DNA of 64,000 nucleotides from Octopus vulgaris (Eukaryota): NCBI GenBank assembly GCA_951406725.2, contig OX597824.1:50530001-50594000 (forward strand). The letters are read 5' to 3'. The stretch's first letter is position 1. The number at the start of each line of letters is the position of its first letter. The notes beneath the pieces are model-generated. The model saw nothing but the letters and a program-made list of their open reading frames with translations, did not search any database and was not told where the DNA came from. The position numbers and the translations under genes are program-made. Below are positions 57,666-64,000 of this stretch, in pieces.

Positions 57666-57756
<91 letters not shown>

Positions 57757-58034
57757 ATATATATCTATATCTATATATATATGCATATACAGGTGCGTGT
57801 GTCTTTTTGTGTCTGTGTTTGTATCACTGACCGCTTGACAACCGGTGTCAGTGTGTTTATATCCCCATAAATTAGCGGGTCAGCAAAGGGGACCGATAGA
57901 GTAGGCAGCAGGATTAAAAGAATAAATATATATATATATATACTGGCAAAAATGTTTACGGGCGGCGAACATAAAAAAATTTAATCTTACCTGTAGGAAG
58001 AACGTTAAATAATAGTACAACTTAGATGTGGATA

Positions 58035-58108
58035 ATCTAGGACCTAGGTTTCTAACTTCCCAAATTACGTTTGTTAACGTAAATTTGATTAGTTCTCATC
58101 AGCTAGAT
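58035..58108 (-). ncRNA. Type I hammerhead (C11.1 mutated)
   Basis: AUCUAG CUGAUGA GAACU...AGUUA GAAA CCUAGG UC CUAGAU; palindrome ACCUAGGU, GUC triplet, 6-bp stem I. Confidence 0.78.
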
Positions 58109-58162
58109 TCACCTAGATAAAATTTCAAATGTCGCTACATCAATGCCGGTATTTATTTTCTT

Positions 58163-58261
<99 letters not shown>

Positions 58262-58264
58262 TTA

Positions 58265-59130
58265 CACGAGTGGGCACCCAAAAGTAGCCCGAAACATTCT
58301 CTGTGGGGAAAACCCGTTGTAGTTCGCGTTTCCGCCCCTAGAAGCGACACTCAGGCATCAGTCTACCGATTGGCGTTGTGATATCATACCGCCACGTCAT
58401 GCGTCTTTATTTTGTAATGCTTCTCTCCTGTTCACCGAATTTTGTGATGGCTAAAACGAAGGAACAGCTTGCTTCCGTGAAATTCTATTTTTAGCTACAG
58501 AAAACGGCGGTCGAAACAGTTGTCATGCTTCAATCAGCTTACTAGAACGCAAGTTTACGAGTAGTTTTCACGCTTTAGGAATAGTCACTTGTCGCTTGAA
58601 GACTAACCTCATTCAGGGTGACAGTCGACCTCCCGAACGAATGAAAATTCATGAACTGATATTGGGGAACCATCACTGAACAATTGATGAACTTGTTGAT
58701 GTGGTCGGTGTGTCCTGGAGCGCCTACCAACGAATTTTGAACGTAGAATTCCGAATGAAAAACTGGTAGCAAAATTTGTGCTTCGCTTACTCACAGAAGA
58801 TCAAAAGCAGTCACGACTGAATGCGTGTTGTAAACTGAAAGAACAGTTGGAAGTTGATCCGAACCTTTTTGTCGAATGTCATCACTGGTGACGAACGCTG
58901 GTACTACGGAAATTGCAGATGTGGAAGAGGTGAAGAAAAAGAAAACGACGGAGGCATTAAATGGCATCACTTCGCAAGAGTTCCAGCACTGCTGCAAACA
59001 GTGGAAAACGAACCTGGATCGATCTATTGCTTCAAATGGGCCATACTTTAAAGGTGATAAAAGTATAAACATTTAAAAGTGAATAAAACGGTAATGCAAA
59101 ATTCCAATTTCAGTTGGGTACTCCCTCTTA
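58265..59130 (+). mobile_element. Internally deleted mariner transposon
   Basis: TIR-like ends (CGAGTGGGCACCCAAAA / TTGGGTACTCCCTCTTA); FLSNVITGDERWYYG (first catalytic D); EFQHCCKQWKTNLDRSIASNGPYFKGD C-terminus. Confidence 0.85.
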
Positions 59131-59882
59131 TGAATGTATGTATGTATGTATGTATGTATGTTTGTATATATGTATGTATGTATATATATCTGTGTTTGTG
59201 TATGACTTTTAGTGGGACGCATACGTTGGATCTGACTAGTTGGTGAGCTTGAAGTTATTAAAGGGTCAGAAGATACAACACAGATGAGGACCACAATGGA
59301 ATGTTGCTCCCACATCTCGGACACTGGGGTTCCCTGACGGATTAGCATAAAATCACTCAGTTACATGCTCCAGCTTGTAGTCTAAAATGCCCTCTCTACT
59401 TTCTCTCCTTATTTTACAGTACTCTAAAGACCTCTGTTCCATTGACATGGCTTGATTACTTCTGCATCTATTCCTCACTACTCCTGTATCTCCAGCTAAT
59501 CAAGTATTGCAGTCACTACTACATTTGGCTCTTTTTCAGAACGTCTACCTCCTGGAACTTTCTCTTGTAGTCGTTCCTTATATATATATATATATATATG
59601 GATTTCGTAGACAGAAACTTAAAGAAATCAATCGTGTATATATGTATGTATTTAAGTGTATGTGTGTGACTTTGTTTCTGTGTTTCGCCCTCATCACTGC
59701 TTCACAACTGCTGTTCGTCTATTTACATCCCCATAACTTTCTGGTTTCACAAGATGAAACTAATAGAATAAGTAGTAGGCTTATCAACATAAAAAAAGTA
59801 CTAGGCTGTGTCTCATATTTTTGTTTGCCCTCTCAGTTGTATCTATCAATTTATCTTTGTGTGTGTGTGTATATATATATAT

Positions 59883-62640
<2,758 letters not shown>

Positions 62641-62682
62641 CTATCTGTTTCAATACACGATTTCACATCAAAAATATTGCAA

Positions 62683-62770
<88 letters not shown>

Positions 62771-63227
62771 AAATTGGGAAATTATATTCTATGCATAAGG
62801 GAAACCCTAACCCCCATGACAATTTATATATTTTTGCTGTTGATGAAACTTTAACCATACATATTTCATACAAATGAAGTAATGTTTATAAAATGTCATC
62901 TTCTTACAAGTTACAAAGACCCCTTCATGGGGACTTAACACCCACAATTTAGTCATTTTATCTAAGCAAAGACGAATACAGTTGTACTCTTGGAAGCTGT
63001 CGGGTCACCCGAGCATAAAAGATGAGCATTATTTGTAATTCAATGGTACATAAAAGATGAGCATTATTTGTAATTCAATTGTATAACAGTGTACCTAGTG
63101 AAAAAGATTCTCAACAATTCAACTTCTCTGGTTGACATTAACACGCCCACCCCCAAAGGGGCCTTAACACTCGCATTTTAGAGCTCCATGACCTCCATTT
63201 TTCAAGAGCGAAATCCTTTTAATAGGT

Positions 63228-64000
63228 TCTATAATATATATATATAAAACTGAGAATGTGTGTGTGTGTGTGTATGTCTGTGTGTCTGTCTGTCTGTGTG
63301 TCTGTCTGTCTGTGTGAATCCCTAAAACTTGAGAACTACACAACCAATTTCATTCAAATTTTACACATGCCTTACTTAGGGTCCATGGAGTGTCATGGGC
63401 AAAAGCAATTTTTAACTTTTTGCCTAGGGCGAGCCCATTGCAATATCATATCCTCTCCACTATGAATCCCTAAAACTTGAGAACTACATAACCAATTTCA
63501 TTCAAATTTTATACATGCCTTACTTAGGATCCCTGTAGTGTCATAGGCAAAAAAAATGTTTAACTTCTTGCCTAGGACGAGCCCACAGCAATATCATATC
63601 TTCTCCACTATTTCAGTATTACGTGTTAAAAGTGAAACAAAAACATCTTACTATTGTAATCTATATATTATAAAACCGAGAATGTCTGTCTGTCTGTCTG
63701 TGTGAATCCCTAAAACTTGAGAACTATACAACCAATTTCATTCAAATTCTACGCATGCCTTACTTAGGATCCATGTAATGTCATGGGTAAAAATATTTTA
63801 ACTTCTAGCCTAGGGCAAACCCACAGCAATATCATATCTTCTCCCCTATATCAGTATTACGTGTTAAAAGTGAAACAAAAACATCACTGTATTGTAATGT
63901 CAGATGCTTTCACTTTAATAATGAAACTATTAAAGTCAAACTATCATATAAGAGGGATGAACCATTAACAATGGACATTCATCTTGCTAGAAGAAGATCC
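63228..64000 (+). mobile_element. Tandem Helitron/HINE-like 5' ends with a ~160-bp core repeated three times
   Basis: TCTATA..TATAAAAC(T/C)GAGAATGT plus (GTCT)n starts at 63228 and 63660. Core GAATCCCTAAAACTTGAGAACTA... recurs at ~63316, 63464 and 63704. Confidence 0.6.

Larger units (their letters stand above)
56822..57669 (-). mobile_element. Second terminally redundant HHR element, interrupted by another HHR element
   Basis: Direct repeats 56822-56905 / 57586-57669; HHR at 57335-57408; nested insert 57021-57210; partial extra copy 57942-58155. Confidence 0.7.

Overview
AT-rich, microsatellite-saturated eukaryotic DNA. Its SINE repertoire resembles what I recall from octopus/coleoid cephalopod genomes; this is inferred, not verified. 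No host protein-coding exon is recognisable, and nearly all listed ORFs are microsatellite translation artefacts. The window is a graveyard of decayed transposons: a Helitron (Rep plus Pif1 helicase, C-terminal half inverted), non-autonomous Helitrons, an R4/Dong-type RLE retrotransposon at (TAA)n, RTE, Tx1/L1 and CR1/Jockey fragments, two mariners (one with a solo LTR inside), MITEs, many SINEs and two Penelope-like elements (PLEs). The main signal is about 15 type I hammerhead ribozyme (HHR) motifs, intact or degenerate, from at least 8 unrelated small families. Most have the palindromic helix III typical of PLE/retrozyme dimeric hammerheads and most sit in (TA)n tracts. They occur in three architectures: PLE pseudo-LTRs, terminally redundant non-coding units resembling circular-RNA retrozymes (446-bp monomer at 54200-54769), and ~230-250-nt rod-like fold-backs where the hammerhead faces an inactivated mirror copy (22494-22739, 43753-43979). 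All structures were read by eye; none was computed or assayed.
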